A stretch of 64,000 bases of DNA from positions 1 to 64,000 of the IMG/VR virus record IMGVR_UViG_3300027754_000039; one strand, given 5' to 3'. The translations under genes were made by a program, and so were the position numbers. This document shows positions 19,306-29,922 of the stretch, piece by piece. Origin of the DNA: a virus. Under the pieces are notes generated by a model that was not told where the DNA came from, did no database searches, and was given only the letters and a program-made list of their open reading frames with translations. The number at the start of each line of letters is the position of its first letter. Within the stretch, counting starts at the first letter, position 1.

Positions 19306-19845
19306 TTATAATATTTTAATTATTTTTCTTTCATCTTCGATTGCTGGATATATTTCAAAATTAATATTAAATTTTTCTGCCCATTCCAAAAATGCTTTTT
19401 GCTCGTGTAATCGATTTTCAAGAATATCTTTATGATTATAATACCACTCGTCAAACACAATTACTGTATCTGTAACAATAAATTCTTTTAATCCGTATAA
19501 TATATCATTGGTAGAACTATACAAATCACAATCTATATGTAATAAAGCAATTGGCTCTGCAATTTGTTTATACATTGGAATTGTATCAATGAACCAGCCT
19601 TTATAAAAAGTAACTCCTGGTACATTAGGTATTACTCCTTTAGTACTCATATCTCCTTTTTTAGCCCATGTACCGGACCAATCTTCAGGCAATCCTTCAA
19701 AAGAATCAAATCCAAATAATTTATATTGCTCAGGCAATGAGTTTCTTAGTTGTTTTATTGTAGATCCAAAATTAACTCCGAATTCTAATACATGTGTAAA
19801 GTTAGTGTCTATTAATTTAATAGCAGAGTCTAATGTTTTGTTCAT
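19306..19845 (-). CDS. TylF/MycF-like O-methyltransferase
   Basis: LEFGV..G, GFDSFEGLP, LHIDCDLY, VFDEW. Confidence 0.85.
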   Translation of the reverse strand: MNKTLDSAIKLIDTNFTHVLEFGVNFGSTIKQLRNSLPEQYKLFGFDSFEGLPEDWSGTWAKKGDMSTKGVIPNVPGVTFYKGWFIDTIPMYKQIAEPIALLHIDCDLYSSTNDILYGLKEFIVTDTVIVFDEWYYNHKDILENRLHEQKAFLEWAEKFNINFEIYPAIEDERKIIKIL

Positions 19846-21374
19846 AGTGTATGTAAATTATATTTTCCAAAATTAAATAAAAAAGTGTTAAATGGATATT
19901 CATGTAATGGAGCCATATTAATCCAAATTATTGCAGTAAGAGTTTTTACTTTTTGCAAATCATATCCATTATCAATTATAAACTGATGAAGTATTTGTTG
20001 ACACTCATTCAATTTACTATTTGTTAATATATAACAATTATTTGAATCTGCATTGAATAAATTTCTATTAACTAAATCATGATTGACTGTTAAGTTATGA
20101 TTTAATTTTGCTAAATCATAATACATATCTCCAACATCTAATCTTCCAGCAAAGTTTTGTCTCCAATCTATTAAACAAAACCCATCTTCAGTTTCAATAA
20201 TATTATCTAATATAAAGTCTCCATGAAACTTACTAGGTATACCATTACATAACCAATTATCATCTAAATTAGATATCATAGTTAATATATCACATACTTT
20301 AGTATCATTAATTGATGCTGAATCAGGAAATTCTGATAAATATAATTTTATTCGTTCTAAAGTTTTATCAATATAAAATTTATAACAGTCTTGATTGAAA
20401 TTTACATCACGCTGTTCATTAGTCCATAAATTATTTTGCGACCAAGTTAAAAACTTTTTAAATTTTTGAGCATTAACTGATTTAGAAAATAATTTGCCTT
20501 TTATTTTTTTATACTTATAAAAATTCTCTGTCGAGTCAATAATATTAGGAACTAATCCATTAAGGTATGCAGTTCTTTGAACTCTGTCTTTACTAATATT
20601 ACTATTAGCAAAAAACTTAATTACAAACTCTTCAAAAAAGAAAATAGACTCATCTTTTTTATCTAAAACTTCAATACTGCTATCAAATGCATTTCTTGTT
20701 CTAGCTAACTCAGTAGTGTTACCAATATCATACCAATTACCATATCCCACTTCTTTATATTTAAAAGTAACTTTTGATAGCATACTATTAATAACATGCA
20801 CATCGGAAATATCATGATGTTTGATATTTACTAGCGTTTCTAACTCAATAAAAAATAATTTATAGTCAACAATACCACACAATCCTATATACGAAAAATC
20901 AAATCCTATAGATCCCTTTTCATTAATTTTAATTAATTCACCGTTAGATAAATTCAATGTACGATATTGTGAGTTATCTTCTTTGTAAGCTCCTACAACA
21001 TAATTAAATGTTGGTTTAATAAATTCAAAGTGTTTAACAATGGTATCAGCTGCATGAAATATAAATGGACAATTAAGTTCTTTTTTACATTGTAAAATAG
21101 AATATCCTAAACTAGATTCTTCGCCTTTATATTTATCTATCTCAACAAATGTAAATATTCTATCTGGATATGCTAACGTTAAAAATTGTTTAACGTGTGA
21201 ACCAAAATGACCTAAGGTAATTACAAAGTTAGTATGCTTAGGGTAAGATTCTATAATATATGATATTGCTGGTTTGTCCGCTACTCTAACTAAAGATTTA
21301 TTTGTATAATCAGTTAAGCTTCCTAATCTAGAACCTAAGCCGCTAGTTGTTATTAATACCTTATACTCTTCCAT
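19842..21374 (-). CDS. fusion of sugar nucleotidyltransferase and choline/aminoglycoside-kinase-like domain
   Basis: GLGSRL...K N-terminus; HGDF..DN and DWR kinase motifs. Confidence 0.8.
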   Translation of the reverse strand: MEEYKVLITTSGLGSRLGSLTDYTNKSLVRVADKPAISYIIESYPKHTNFVITLGHFGSHVKQFLTLAYPDRIFTFVEIDKYKGEESSLGYSILQCKKELNCPFIFHAADTIVKHFEFIKPTFNYVVGAYKEDNSQYRTLNLSNGELIKINEKGSIGFDFSYIGLCGIVDYKLFFIELETLVNIKHHDISDVHVINSMLSKVTFKYKEVGYGNWYDIGNTTELARTRNAFDSSIEVLDKKDESIFFFEEFVIKFFANSNISKDRVQRTAYLNGLVPNIIDSTENFYKYKKIKGKLFSKSVNAQKFKKFLTWSQNNLWTNEQRDVNFNQDCYKFYIDKTLERIKLYLSEFPDSASINDTKVCDILTMISNLDDNWLCNGIPSKFHGDFILDNIIETEDGFCLIDWRQNFAGRLDVGDMYYDLAKLNHNLTVNHDLVNRNLFNADSNNCYILTNSKLNECQQILHQFIIDNGYDLQKVKTLTAIIWINMAPLHEYPFNTFLFNFGKYNLHTL

Positions 21375-21705
21375 AGCTATCTTGCACTCTTACAATATCA
21401 TCTTCACCAAAATATTCTCCATGTTGAATTTCAATAAATACTAAATCTTCATCTCCAATATTAGTAACTCGATGTTTAACTAGAACAGGTACTAAAATAG
21501 TATCTCCTACAGTGTATTCTTTTTCAATATCGTCTAGGCAAATCAACGCTTTTCCTTTTACAATAACATAAACTTCACTGCGTTTATAATGATATTGATA
21601 GCTAGGTGCTTGCCCAGATTTAATAGTAATTTCTTTTACTTTACAATAGTCACTGTCTAGTAAATTTTCAAATTGACCCCAAGGTCTTGTTTCTTTATAA
21701 TTCAT
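21361..21705 (-). CDS. cupin, mannose-6-phosphate isomerase type II-like
   Basis: RPWG, SYQYH.KRSE, EIQHG, EDDIVR. Confidence 0.85.
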   Translation of the reverse strand: MNYKETRPWGQFENLLDSDYCKVKEITIKSGQAPSYQYHYKRSEVYVIVKGKALICLDDIEKEYTVGDTILVPVLVKHRVTNIGDEDLVFIEIQHGEYFGEDDIVRVQDSYGRV

Positions 21706-22462
21706 ATGACTCTAATTGATTTTTTGTTACGTTCCTATATCTAAATATATCATAATCTCCTTTTCCGCTGCCATCATCTAAAATATTAATAACAGACCCT
21801 TGAAGTTTATCAACTAATTTTGTAGCTTTTATATGTTGAGGTAGTAAAAAATGATTAGATATATGAGAATACCCACATCTATGAACTTTAGGATGAGCAT
21901 ATTCATTTAAACTATCAAATAATGTTGCAATGGTATGAAAATTTTCTGAGTTGGCTATGAATATATGATCACACATTATATTTCCATCTTTATTAAACGG
22001 TAAATAATGTAGATGAGTTTTATGATAAGCTACATGTATACGATCTTGCTCAAATTTATTAAAATGAATATTATTATTCCAACAAGTATCCATTCTACAA
22101 TTAATAATTAAATCGTAAGTTGTATTTGAATCTCGTATCATTTCACTTAAAACTTTAACTCCGAACCAACGAGAATAATGAGCTTGAGTTCGTATGTCAT
22201 TTGGTATATAAGATGGTACATTAAATGTATCTTGATTCATATATCTCGAAAGTTTAGGATTGTACACTGAATCAAAATGCTCTTTTAATTCCGGTTGCCA
22301 ACTAAAAATAAAAAAGTCAACATCATTATTAGCTTTAATAAATTTATTAACGGTATTACCAGTATATTTAATAATTAAAGGAGCGATTTCTTGATCTTTA
22401 AGTTGAAAATTCTTTCCTGAGAGGCCTCCTATCAATCCATTAATTGTATATGCAATTTTCAT
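21695..22462 (-). CDS. glycosyltransferase-like protein
   Basis: YDLIINCRMD, DHIFI; located in glycan operon. Confidence 0.5.
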   Translation of the reverse strand: MKIAYTINGLIGGLSGKNFQLKDQEIAPLIIKYTGNTVNKFIKANNDVDFFIFSWQPELKEHFDSVYNPKLSRYMNQDTFNVPSYIPNDIRTQAHYSRWFGVKVLSEMIRDSNTTYDLIINCRMDTCWNNNIHFNKFEQDRIHVAYHKTHLHYLPFNKDGNIMCDHIFIANSENFHTIATLFDSLNEYAHPKVHRCGYSHISNHFLLPQHIKATKLVDKLQGSVINILDDGSGKGDYDIFRYRNVTKNQLESYEL

Positions 22463-23358
22463 AATATAAAATTTTCGTGTTGAAAAATAGCTTTAGGCTG
22501 TTCAATATCAATATATGATGCATATTTTAAATAGTCTGAAAGAGCTTTATTAGGTCTAACAATTACATCTTCTTTAATTTTATTAATAGTATTAAATTTA
22601 ATTTGTTGCAAACCTTTTTCAAAGTTACCCCAATATAATTCATCTCTTACAATTTGATCATAACGAAGTTCTTTGTTTTTACCAAATCTAAACCAATTAT
22701 AATGATATGTCATTAGCTCTGAAGACCATAACATAGAATAGTTTTGTGTTTCAAATTGCCCAACAATACGTTTATAAAAATTTAAATCACCAAATCGTAT
22801 TGCAATTTTTCTTCCTTTAATCCTTTCAATAAAAGGATTATTTATCTTTTCAATATAATTCTGAGTTTCTAAAAAGTCTAACCAAATGCTAGTAAAGCCT
22901 TGATTAAGAGTTAATTGACTTAGTAAGTATGTTATATTATCTTTATCAGACTCTAAATGAAAAATATCCGGCTCGTATGGAAATATATAATCTCCTTCCG
23001 ATACTTCAATTCCTAATTCATCCCAATTTGAAACGGCATATGTATACGCTTCTGGAGCAGCCATATTTTCTTTAAATTTCATTTCATTATGAATCCATGT
23101 AGTGTTAGGATATTTAATCTGCGCCTCGTATATTAGCTTTTGCGTTTCCAATGTATCCCAAGCTAAATTAGTATCTTTATAACAATATTTTTTACGAAAC
23201 TCCGAATCTATTATAGTTTTAGACTCTGGACCTTTAGGAAACAATCCTTCATTGTAAATTACAGTATCTGGATTGATAGTATCGACTAAATTAGAAATTT
23301 GACATTTGATTAAATGTGATTCTCCAAAATTTGGTATTATTACAATTCGCTTTGACAT
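22459..23358 (-). CDS. GT-A fold glycosyltransferase-like protein
   Basis: YEPDIF DxD-like motif; located in glycan operon. Confidence 0.5.
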   Translation of the reverse strand: MSKRIVIIPNFGESHLIKCQISNLVDTINPDTVIYNEGLFPKGPESKTIIDSEFRKKYCYKDTNLAWDTLETQKLIYEAQIKYPNTTWIHNEMKFKENMAAPEAYTYAVSNWDELGIEVSEGDYIFPYEPDIFHLESDKDNITYLLSQLTLNQGFTSIWLDFLETQNYIEKINNPFIERIKGRKIAIRFGDLNFYKRIVGQFETQNYSMLWSSELMTYHYNWFRFGKNKELRYDQIVRDELYWGNFEKGLQQIKFNTINKIKEDVIVRPNKALSDYLKYASYIDIEQPKAIFQHENFIL

Positions 23359-23954
23359 TAGTTCTTTTTAATTACGCCGATGCCTGCCCAATCAGCTTTG
23401 ATATTGAATTCAATTTTTTCTCCAATTAATTCATTCCATAATTTACCTACATATACGTTTCTATCTCTATGTCGCTGTGTATCATTAATGTCGTGAAATG
23501 CAATATATCCATTATCAGATACTAATTCTTTATACATTTCATAATCTTGTTTAACTCCTTCATAAGTATGATCTCCGTCAATAAATAAAAAATCAATCTT
23601 TTGTCCCTTTAATACATTAACTAATAAATCATATGTTAAATCTTGATGTGAGTCTCCTTCAATAAAATTACAACGACTTCCATATAAATTTATAAAATAT
23701 TTATTACGATCATTAACGTCATCACGAGTAACTCCGCCATGTATACCATCGACCAAATCTATACTAATAGTTTTAGCATTAGTTACTTCATTCCAAATTT
23801 TAAATGTGCCTCCGAATTTAGTTCCTATTTCAACAACTATTTTAGGTTGCAATTCATATACAAATTTTGCTAGTTGCGTAATTTCTTCTTTTTCTTGTGG
23901 CATATATAAACTATATGCTGACTCGATAATTTTTTCTATATCCATTATTTCCAA
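23358..23954 (-). CDS. class I SAM methyltransferase (Methyltransf_24-like)
   Basis: VEIGTKFGG, FIDGDHTYEGV, FHD. Confidence 0.88.
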   Translation of the reverse strand: MEIMDIEKIIESAYSLYMPQEKEEITQLAKFVYELQPKIVVEIGTKFGGTFKIWNEVTNAKTISIDLVDGIHGGVTRDDVNDRNKYFINLYGSRCNFIEGDSHQDLTYDLLVNVLKGQKIDFLFIDGDHTYEGVKQDYEMYKELVSDNGYIAFHDINDTQRHRDRNVYVGKLWNELIGEKIEFNIKADWAGIGVIKKN

Positions 23955-24934
23955 AAACTATAAATTCCTTTTTCTAATTCATATGAAGGCCAAACAAATT
24001 GTTCTCTTTTAGGTTGCAGTTTAGACCATTCCCACATTTTAGTCAATCCATTTTTTAAATTTGTTTTATGTTCAAATTTTAAAATATCAATTGATTTTTG
24101 CCAAGTTGGTATGGAATGTTTAACTTCATGACGACTTTCTAAATGAAGTACTTCACCAGCACCTATAACTTCATGAAGAATTGCTGCGGCTTCATTAATT
24201 GAATGCTCTTCAATTCCTCCTACATTGATAATTTGTTTAGAAGCTTCTGGTAGTATAGCTGCATTCCATAATGGAATTAAACTATCATCAATATAACTAA
24301 ACGCTCTTGTTTGTTCGCCATCTCCAAAAATTGTCATTGGTTTATTATTCATATGCTGAAACATCCAAATTCCTAATACATTACGATACTTGTCCCAAAT
24401 ATTTTGTTTAATACCATATACGTTATGAGGACGAATAATACACCAATCCAAACCATGTTGCTCACCAGCAATTTGAATATCCATTTCACACCCATACTTT
24501 GCTACTCCATATGGATCAATTGGCTTTGGAGTTTGCGTTTCATTGAAATAGCCTCCTTCGCCATGGCCATATACAGCAAGAGTTGATGTAAACACTAATC
24601 GTTTAACATCATGTTTAATACATTCATTAACAATATATGCAGTCGCTTTTAAATTGTTATCATAATTAAATGTTCTAATAAATGGAGACAATCCTTCAGC
24701 AGCATATGCAGCTAAATGAAATACGTAAGTAGGTTTGTATTTTTTAAAAATTAAAGATATACTATCTCCTATAATATTAGAATTAAAAAATTCTACTTTA
24801 GGATTGACATTTTCTAAATATCCTCCACTTAAATCGTCGATGCCTATTACTTGATACTCTGGATGATTTTCTATTATATAATCAGCTAATCTAGATCCTA
24901 ATAAGCCTGCTACTCCTGTAATTAAAACTTTCAT
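23945..24934 (-). CDS. NAD-dependent epimerase/dehydratase
   Basis: TGVAGLLG, HLAA, YGVAK, RPHNVYG. Confidence 0.9.
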   Translation of the reverse strand: MKVLITGVAGLLGSRLADYIIENHPEYQVIGIDDLSGGYLENVNPKVEFFNSNIIGDSISLIFKKYKPTYVFHLAAYAAEGLSPFIRTFNYDNNLKATAYIVNECIKHDVKRLVFTSTLAVYGHGEGGYFNETQTPKPIDPYGVAKYGCEMDIQIAGEQHGLDWCIIRPHNVYGIKQNIWDKYRNVLGIWMFQHMNNKPMTIFGDGEQTRAFSYIDDSLIPLWNAAILPEASKQIINVGGIEEHSINEAAAILHEVIGAGEVLHLESRHEVKHSIPTWQKSIDILKFEHKTNLKNGLTKMWEWSKLQPKREQFVWPSYELEKGIYSFWK

Positions 24935-25359
24935 TATTTAATAATTTTTTTAAATATATTATCTATTGCATTTTTATTTCTAGCTCTACCTTCATTTGCT
25001 TTTCTTAATCTTTTTTCATTAACAATCATTTTATCTAGATTTGGTATTTCTTTTTTAGCTTCTTCTAAACGAGCTCTGTCTGCTTCTCCAATATTAATAT
25101 CATTTTGTATTAATTCTTCTAACTCTTCTACAATTGCAGATTCATTAAATGTACGATGCTCTTCTATATAATTATAAGAATTTCTTTTGATAGTGTCTAA
25201 AAAAAGTTCAGAAATTTTTATTTTTATTTCTTCAATTACTATTTTTTGATGTGCAACCTTATCAGCTAAATTGTCTTTATTAAAAAAGTACAATTTAATA
25301 TTTTCTGTAATAAGCCTATCTAAATAAGCACTTAATGTATCAATGTTAGTTACTCGCAT
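24934..25359 (-). CDS. helical hypothetical protein (DUF4254-like)
   Basis: DRLITENIK motif. Confidence 0.45.
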   Translation of the reverse strand: MRVTNIDTLSAYLDRLITENIKLYFFNKDNLADKVAHQKIVIEEIKIKISELFLDTIKRNSYNYIEEHRTFNESAIVEELEELIQNDINIGEADRARLEEAKKEIPNLDKMIVNEKRLRKANEGRARNKNAIDNIFKKIIK

Positions 25360-26038
25360 CGTTGAATAATTGTTGTAAATGGATTGGTATTAAATTTCTT
25401 TCTAAAAAAGCTGAATAAGCTTTGGTTAATGGCATACAGCCAATTACTTTAACAGGCCGTACTGCTGAGTTCAGTCTGTCATCTATATATGTATACCCAA
25501 CACAATATTGAGTGTTAATAGTAGACATATAGTCGGTTACTGGAGTGCTAGCTCGTAAATAAGCTATCCAATGCTCATCACTAAAATAATCTAATTCATT
25601 CATTTTCATAGACTCCACAATATATTCTAAAATATGAATTGCGGTCTTTTTAACAAAAACAGATCCTGTATTCCATTCCGGAGTTCTTATGTATGTGCAA
25701 GCTGCTATCTCTCCTAAAAATTTAGGAAATTTTAATTTATCAATTTGCCAATTGTCTTGATCATGAAACCAAAAATCATCGTTTAATACTCCTGATTTTA
25801 CTAACTCGTACATACCATACCATTTATTATTGAATATGTTGTAAGTGCATATATCAGTTAATATATTTGATTTGATTCCTTTATATTCAAATTCAAAATT
25901 AGTACCTAATATAATATCTTCAGATTTCCATCCATAATGCAATGCATTATCAATTTGCATTTTAAATGTCTTAAATAATTCTTCATTATCATAACGAATC
26001 TTATCACTGACAATATTATAAATCATTACATTTTTCAT
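25346..26038 (-). CDS. GT-A fold glycosyltransferase-like protein
   Basis: WFHDQD, NTG, DE motifs. Confidence 0.55.
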   Translation of the reverse strand: MKNVMIYNIVSDKIRYDNEELFKTFKMQIDNALHYGWKSEDIILGTNFEFEYKGIKSNILTDICTYNIFNNKWYGMYELVKSGVLNDDFWFHDQDNWQIDKLKFPKFLGEIAACTYIRTPEWNTGSVFVKKTAIHILEYIVESMKMNELDYFSDEHWIAYLRASTPVTDYMSTINTQYCVGYTYIDDRLNSAVRPVKVIGCMPLTKAYSAFLERNLIPIHLQQLFNDASN

Positions 26039-26658
26039 ATGGTCTCGTAAAAATTATTTTGCTTTTCCTGCCTGTCAATAGTTTTATGATGTAATAAACA
26101 ATACTCCATTGCTGCTGGTAAATTAGCGTATGTATTAAATCCTGACAAACGCTCATGCACTTTATTTATCCAAACAATTTTAGGATCGTTTTTATAAATT
26201 CTCCATTGATAATCAGGAAAGTTAACAAACCCATTCATATCTACATTCCAGCCCCATTTAGCTGCATGCTCCTGAGTCAATCCATCTACAGTATTAATTC
26301 TAGGAACTAGATAAACTTCATTGTTTGGATTATATTCTAAAATATCAGGTAAGTTCTGAATTAGTGTCTCACTAATCATTTCATCAGCATCTATTTGAAA
26401 AATATAATCTCCAGAACACTTTGAGTTAAGTAAGTTCTTCCAATCAGCAAAGTGTTTATTAAAAGATTCTTTATACCAATAATATTCATTATTGATTGAG
26501 TGTGTTCTTAAAAATGATTCTATTTCAGGATCTCCATTTGTCTCGTCATACAGTATTACTATATTGTCTTGAGGACGCTTTGTTTTTATTAGAAAATGTA
26601 ATAAGCGTTGTATCTCTACAAACTCATTGCATACTGTAATTGCATAACTAATTTTCAT
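26035..26658 (-). CDS. GT2 glycosyltransferase
   Basis: FQIDADE, WINKVHE. Confidence 0.88.
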   Translation of the reverse strand: MKISYAITVCNEFVEIQRLLHFLIKTKRPQDNIVILYDETNGDPEIESFLRTHSINNEYYWYKESFNKHFADWKNLLNSKCSGDYIFQIDADEMISETLIQNLPDILEYNPNNEVYLVPRINTVDGLTQEHAAKWGWNVDMNGFVNFPDYQWRIYKNDPKIVWINKVHERLSGFNTYANLPAAMEYCLLHHKTIDRQEKQNNFYETI

Positions 26659-27977
26659 TATGCGTCTATTTTTTTAAGTTTAGGAAGAGTAATTTGAGGC
26701 ATTGACTCTACTTTTTTCAATTTAGGTAAATTCAATCCTAACATTTTAGGAAACTCTGGCATTCTAGAATTTAGTACAGATCCTAACTTATCTTTCATTG
26801 CATCGAATGAGAAATTAGTTTTAATATGATGATATGTCTTTCTAGACTTTTCAGTGTATGATTTATAATTTTTAAATATATCTTTTAAGAAACCAGCTGC
26901 TACATTTAAGTCTACTGAAAACCATTCTGAATCTTCATTTAGAACACCTTTCCAAGCTGCGGACTTATGCACTTTGGTTAGAGTACCTGGAAGTAATACT
27001 GAAGTTTCTGTATTTAAAAAGTCTACATGGCCTGACCAATTAGATGTGATAATTGGTTTGCCTGTTATCGCAGCTTCAATTAAAGGTCGACCAAATCCTT
27101 CTCCTTTAGTAAATGACACATGCGCCTTAACCTTATTATGATTATATAAATCATTCATTTCTTCCTCAGTAAAATCTCCATACGCTAAATATACTTTTGG
27201 AAGAACTTTGCTGTCTACAGAAGCTTTAATTTGGTTAATTCGATTAATCATATCGTTACGATCTATTACCGATAACGCGCCACCTGAAGTCTTTAATATC
27301 AATGCGGGTGCATTTTGTTTATTTTTAAATGACTCGTAAAATGTTTTAATTAATCCAGATACATTTTTTCTATCTTCACCGAAAGCACCTGGAAGCCAAT
27401 GACCTACAAATAAGAAACAAAATTCTTCTTTAATGTCTTTAAATAAATTTTCAATATTAGGTTCGCTAGTATATTCCTTTTTAAATTTATCTAAACGAAT
27501 ACCTTCAAATAATACTTCTACTGGAGTTGTTAATTTAACATTTCCTATATTTTGTTTTGTATTTTGATCAATACGTTGATATTCAGTGCTTTCAAATACT
27601 TTTTTAGCATGCTCTGAAGAAGCTAGAATTAAATCCATTTTATTACAACCTTCAATCCAAGACGCATCGCATATAGTAGTTTCAATGCCAGCAGTAACGC
27701 CAATATTAAATTTACCTAATTTTTGAAATTCATTAGGGACTGTAACCTGCATAAATATTTCAGGTTGCTGTTGAAGTTGTTGAATTAATAATCTAGATAC
27801 AATATCTTCGTCTTTATCTGATAATGCGTTCATTGGAGTGCTACCCCAACGTGTATTTATAATTTTTATATCATATTTGTCCAATGCAATTAATGCACGA
27901 ACTAAATCTCTTGACCTTTCACCATATCCTGAACGTGTACCGACAGGAGCTTGGAATACTAATACTGGTTTGCTCAT
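26658..27977 (-). CDS. GT4 (GT-B) glycosyltransferase
   Basis: DRKN, EGFGRPLIEAA, WSGHVDF. Confidence 0.88.
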   Translation of the reverse strand: MSKPVLVFQAPVGTRSGYGERSRDLVRALIALDKYDIKIINTRWGSTPMNALSDKDEDIVSRLLIQQLQQQPEIFMQVTVPNEFQKLGKFNIGVTAGIETTICDASWIEGCNKMDLILASSEHAKKVFESTEYQRIDQNTKQNIGNVKLTTPVEVLFEGIRLDKFKKEYTSEPNIENLFKDIKEEFCFLFVGHWLPGAFGEDRKNVSGLIKTFYESFKNKQNAPALILKTSGGALSVIDRNDMINRINQIKASVDSKVLPKVYLAYGDFTEEEMNDLYNHNKVKAHVSFTKGEGFGRPLIEAAITGKPIITSNWSGHVDFLNTETSVLLPGTLTKVHKSAAWKGVLNEDSEWFSVDLNVAAGFLKDIFKNYKSYTEKSRKTYHHIKTNFSFDAMKDKLGSVLNSRMPEFPKMLGLNLPKLKKVESMPQITLPKLKKIDA

Positions 27978-27982
27978 AACTT

Positions 27983-29365
27983 TTAGATTTTAAATAATTC
28001 AATTCGTTTTCTTGGTTTCCATTTTACTAACAATGTATTAATGTCTTTAATAAAATTATTACCCATTGATTCTGCTGACAACCCAATTTCAGGTTTCATA
28101 AAATGATTACGACCTTTTTGTCCTGCAGCTGCTCTATCTTCATTAGACATCATCCACCAATAGTGAATTGCATCAGCACATTCTTTATAATCAACAATGT
28201 CATCAAATATATAAGGAGTTGGAACAGATCCTTGAAGTGTTCTTACTGCTGGGAATACTGGCTTAGCCCAAACTCCATGCTGATGATATTTCCCTTCAGC
28301 GTTGGTTTGAAACTCGTCATTATAATCATCTGCCATTACATACTCCTTGATGCTTTTCTTAAAGCCACATTGATCTTGAAGACCTCCGGTAACATTAACT
28401 ACAATTGGAGTACCTGCCATAACAGACTCTGCAGTACCTAATCCAAATCCTTCATTAGAAGCGATGTTAGCACTAATGTCTGATAAATTACAAAGATAAT
28501 TTAATTCTTGTACTGACAATAATCGTTTATTAGTAAATGATATTGGATACATTGGACATAACTCATTAATAACTGCGGGTAAGTCAGTTCCATTTTCATC
28601 AATAGGATCCGTGTGCATTAACAATAAACATGTTGCAGCTTCTTCTTTAGATAACTTATCACAAAATGTTTTATAAGCTAAAATTAAATCTGAAGTGTGT
28701 TTTCTACGAATGTTCCTAGCATTGTAAAATGTTACAAATTTAGTTTCTTTAGGAATTAATGAGTCTTTAAATTTAATAAATGCTTCATATTGAGCATGAT
28801 CCTTATCAATTGGAAAGAAATTACTATGATTAATACCATGAGGTACATAAGTAATTTGCCAATCTTCATAATTACGATCTTTTAAAACTTGCTTAACAAT
28901 ATTGTAAGTTTGTTTTGAAATACACATTAACAAGTCACAAGACTCATAATATGGCTTGTTATATCTAGGATATGGAGTGTCATCCCAAATAGTATAATAC
29001 ATTAATGGAATCGTTTGACGTAATTCATGCTCCATTGAATACAACCAACCCCAAAATCTAGGATCTGTAAAATGCAGGATAGCATCAGGTTGCTCAATTT
29101 GAATAAGCTCTCTTAAGATGTCAGGACTTCCATATCCTGTATTAGCATATAATTTAACATTTGCGTCTGCCACTCCTGTTTGAGCAGCGACGTCTTGAGA
29201 TAGATCAAATACTTTACCTTGATCAGGATGTTGAAGTGCGGCTCCTAATTGAACCCAGTCAAATTCCTTAACAGTATTTAAAACAATTTCTCGAGATACG
29301 GTTGCAATGCCTGAATGCATTCGCAAGTCGTCAGATAATAGAAGAATTTTTTTCTTTTTTGTCAT
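27983..29365 (-). CDS. GT4 (GT-B) glycosyltransferase
   Basis: RNIRRK, NEGFGLGTAE, VTGGLQDQ. Confidence 0.88.
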   Translation of the reverse strand: MTKKKKILLLSDDLRMHSGIATVSREIVLNTVKEFDWVQLGAALQHPDQGKVFDLSQDVAAQTGVADANVKLYANTGYGSPDILRELIQIEQPDAILHFTDPRFWGWLYSMEHELRQTIPLMYYTIWDDTPYPRYNKPYYESCDLLMCISKQTYNIVKQVLKDRNYEDWQITYVPHGINHSNFFPIDKDHAQYEAFIKFKDSLIPKETKFVTFYNARNIRRKHTSDLILAYKTFCDKLSKEEAATCLLLMHTDPIDENGTDLPAVINELCPMYPISFTNKRLLSVQELNYLCNLSDISANIASNEGFGLGTAESVMAGTPIVVNVTGGLQDQCGFKKSIKEYVMADDYNDEFQTNAEGKYHQHGVWAKPVFPAVRTLQGSVPTPYIFDDIVDYKECADAIHYWWMMSNEDRAAAGQKGRNHFMKPEIGLSAESMGNNFIKDINTLLVKWKPRKRIELFKI

Positions 29366-29381
29366 AACCTTTTTATTTATA

Positions 29382-29390
29382 TATAAATAT
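29382..29390 (-). promoter_or_regulatory. candidate second-class promoter element ATATTTATA heading the glycan operon
   Basis: Same element in eight other intergenic gaps. Confidence 0.4.
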
Positions 29391-29417
29391 GTAAACCTTA
29401 CTTATTCATTGAAATTT

Positions 29418-29633
29418 TCAAGATTTTTTCTTAAAAATCCATTTATCAATGTTCCAAAATATAAGTGCACCAACAAATTGGAACCCAATAATAGTCCAGA
29501 AATTATTCCAACCCCAAATGTCATGCATCAGATACATACAAGGCCATGATATCACTACTCCTATTTGCCATTTTGCATGATAAATTCCATAGCGCTTCCA
29601 ATTAAATCTTTTGAGTGATAGTTTCTTTTTCAT
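29418..29633 (-). CDS. small membrane protein
   Basis: Trp-rich, two hydrophobic segments. Confidence 0.6.
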   Translation of the reverse strand: MKKKLSLKRFNWKRYGIYHAKWQIGVVISWPCMYLMHDIWGWNNFWTIIGFQFVGALIFWNIDKWIFKKKS

Positions 29634-29922
29634 TGATTAGTCTATTAAGTTTAAATTGCTCTCTTTCTATTTTTTTAGCAAACTCATTGATAACAAGATC
29701 TTTAAATTCTTCACTTTGAATTATTTTACCATTGGCATACTTCAAGCCATTATACCATGATCCTACCGTGTCACTTTTAGCTCCATAATCTATCATGATC
29801 TGTACATGGCCATTGTCCTCACACTTTAAATTATATTTGTTTAGATCATGAGAGGGCATCCATAACTTTATAACAATTGACCCTCCGTCACGAAGTGAAT
29901 CAATATCTCTAATTATTATCAT
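29602..29922 (-). CDS. hypothetical protein
   Basis: 106 aa ORF. Confidence 0.6.
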   Translation of the reverse strand: MIIIRDIDSLRDGGSIVIKLWMPSHDLNKYNLKCEDNGHVQIMIDYGAKSDTVGSWYNGLKYANGKIIQSEEFKDLVINEFAKKIEREQFKLNRLINEKETITQKI

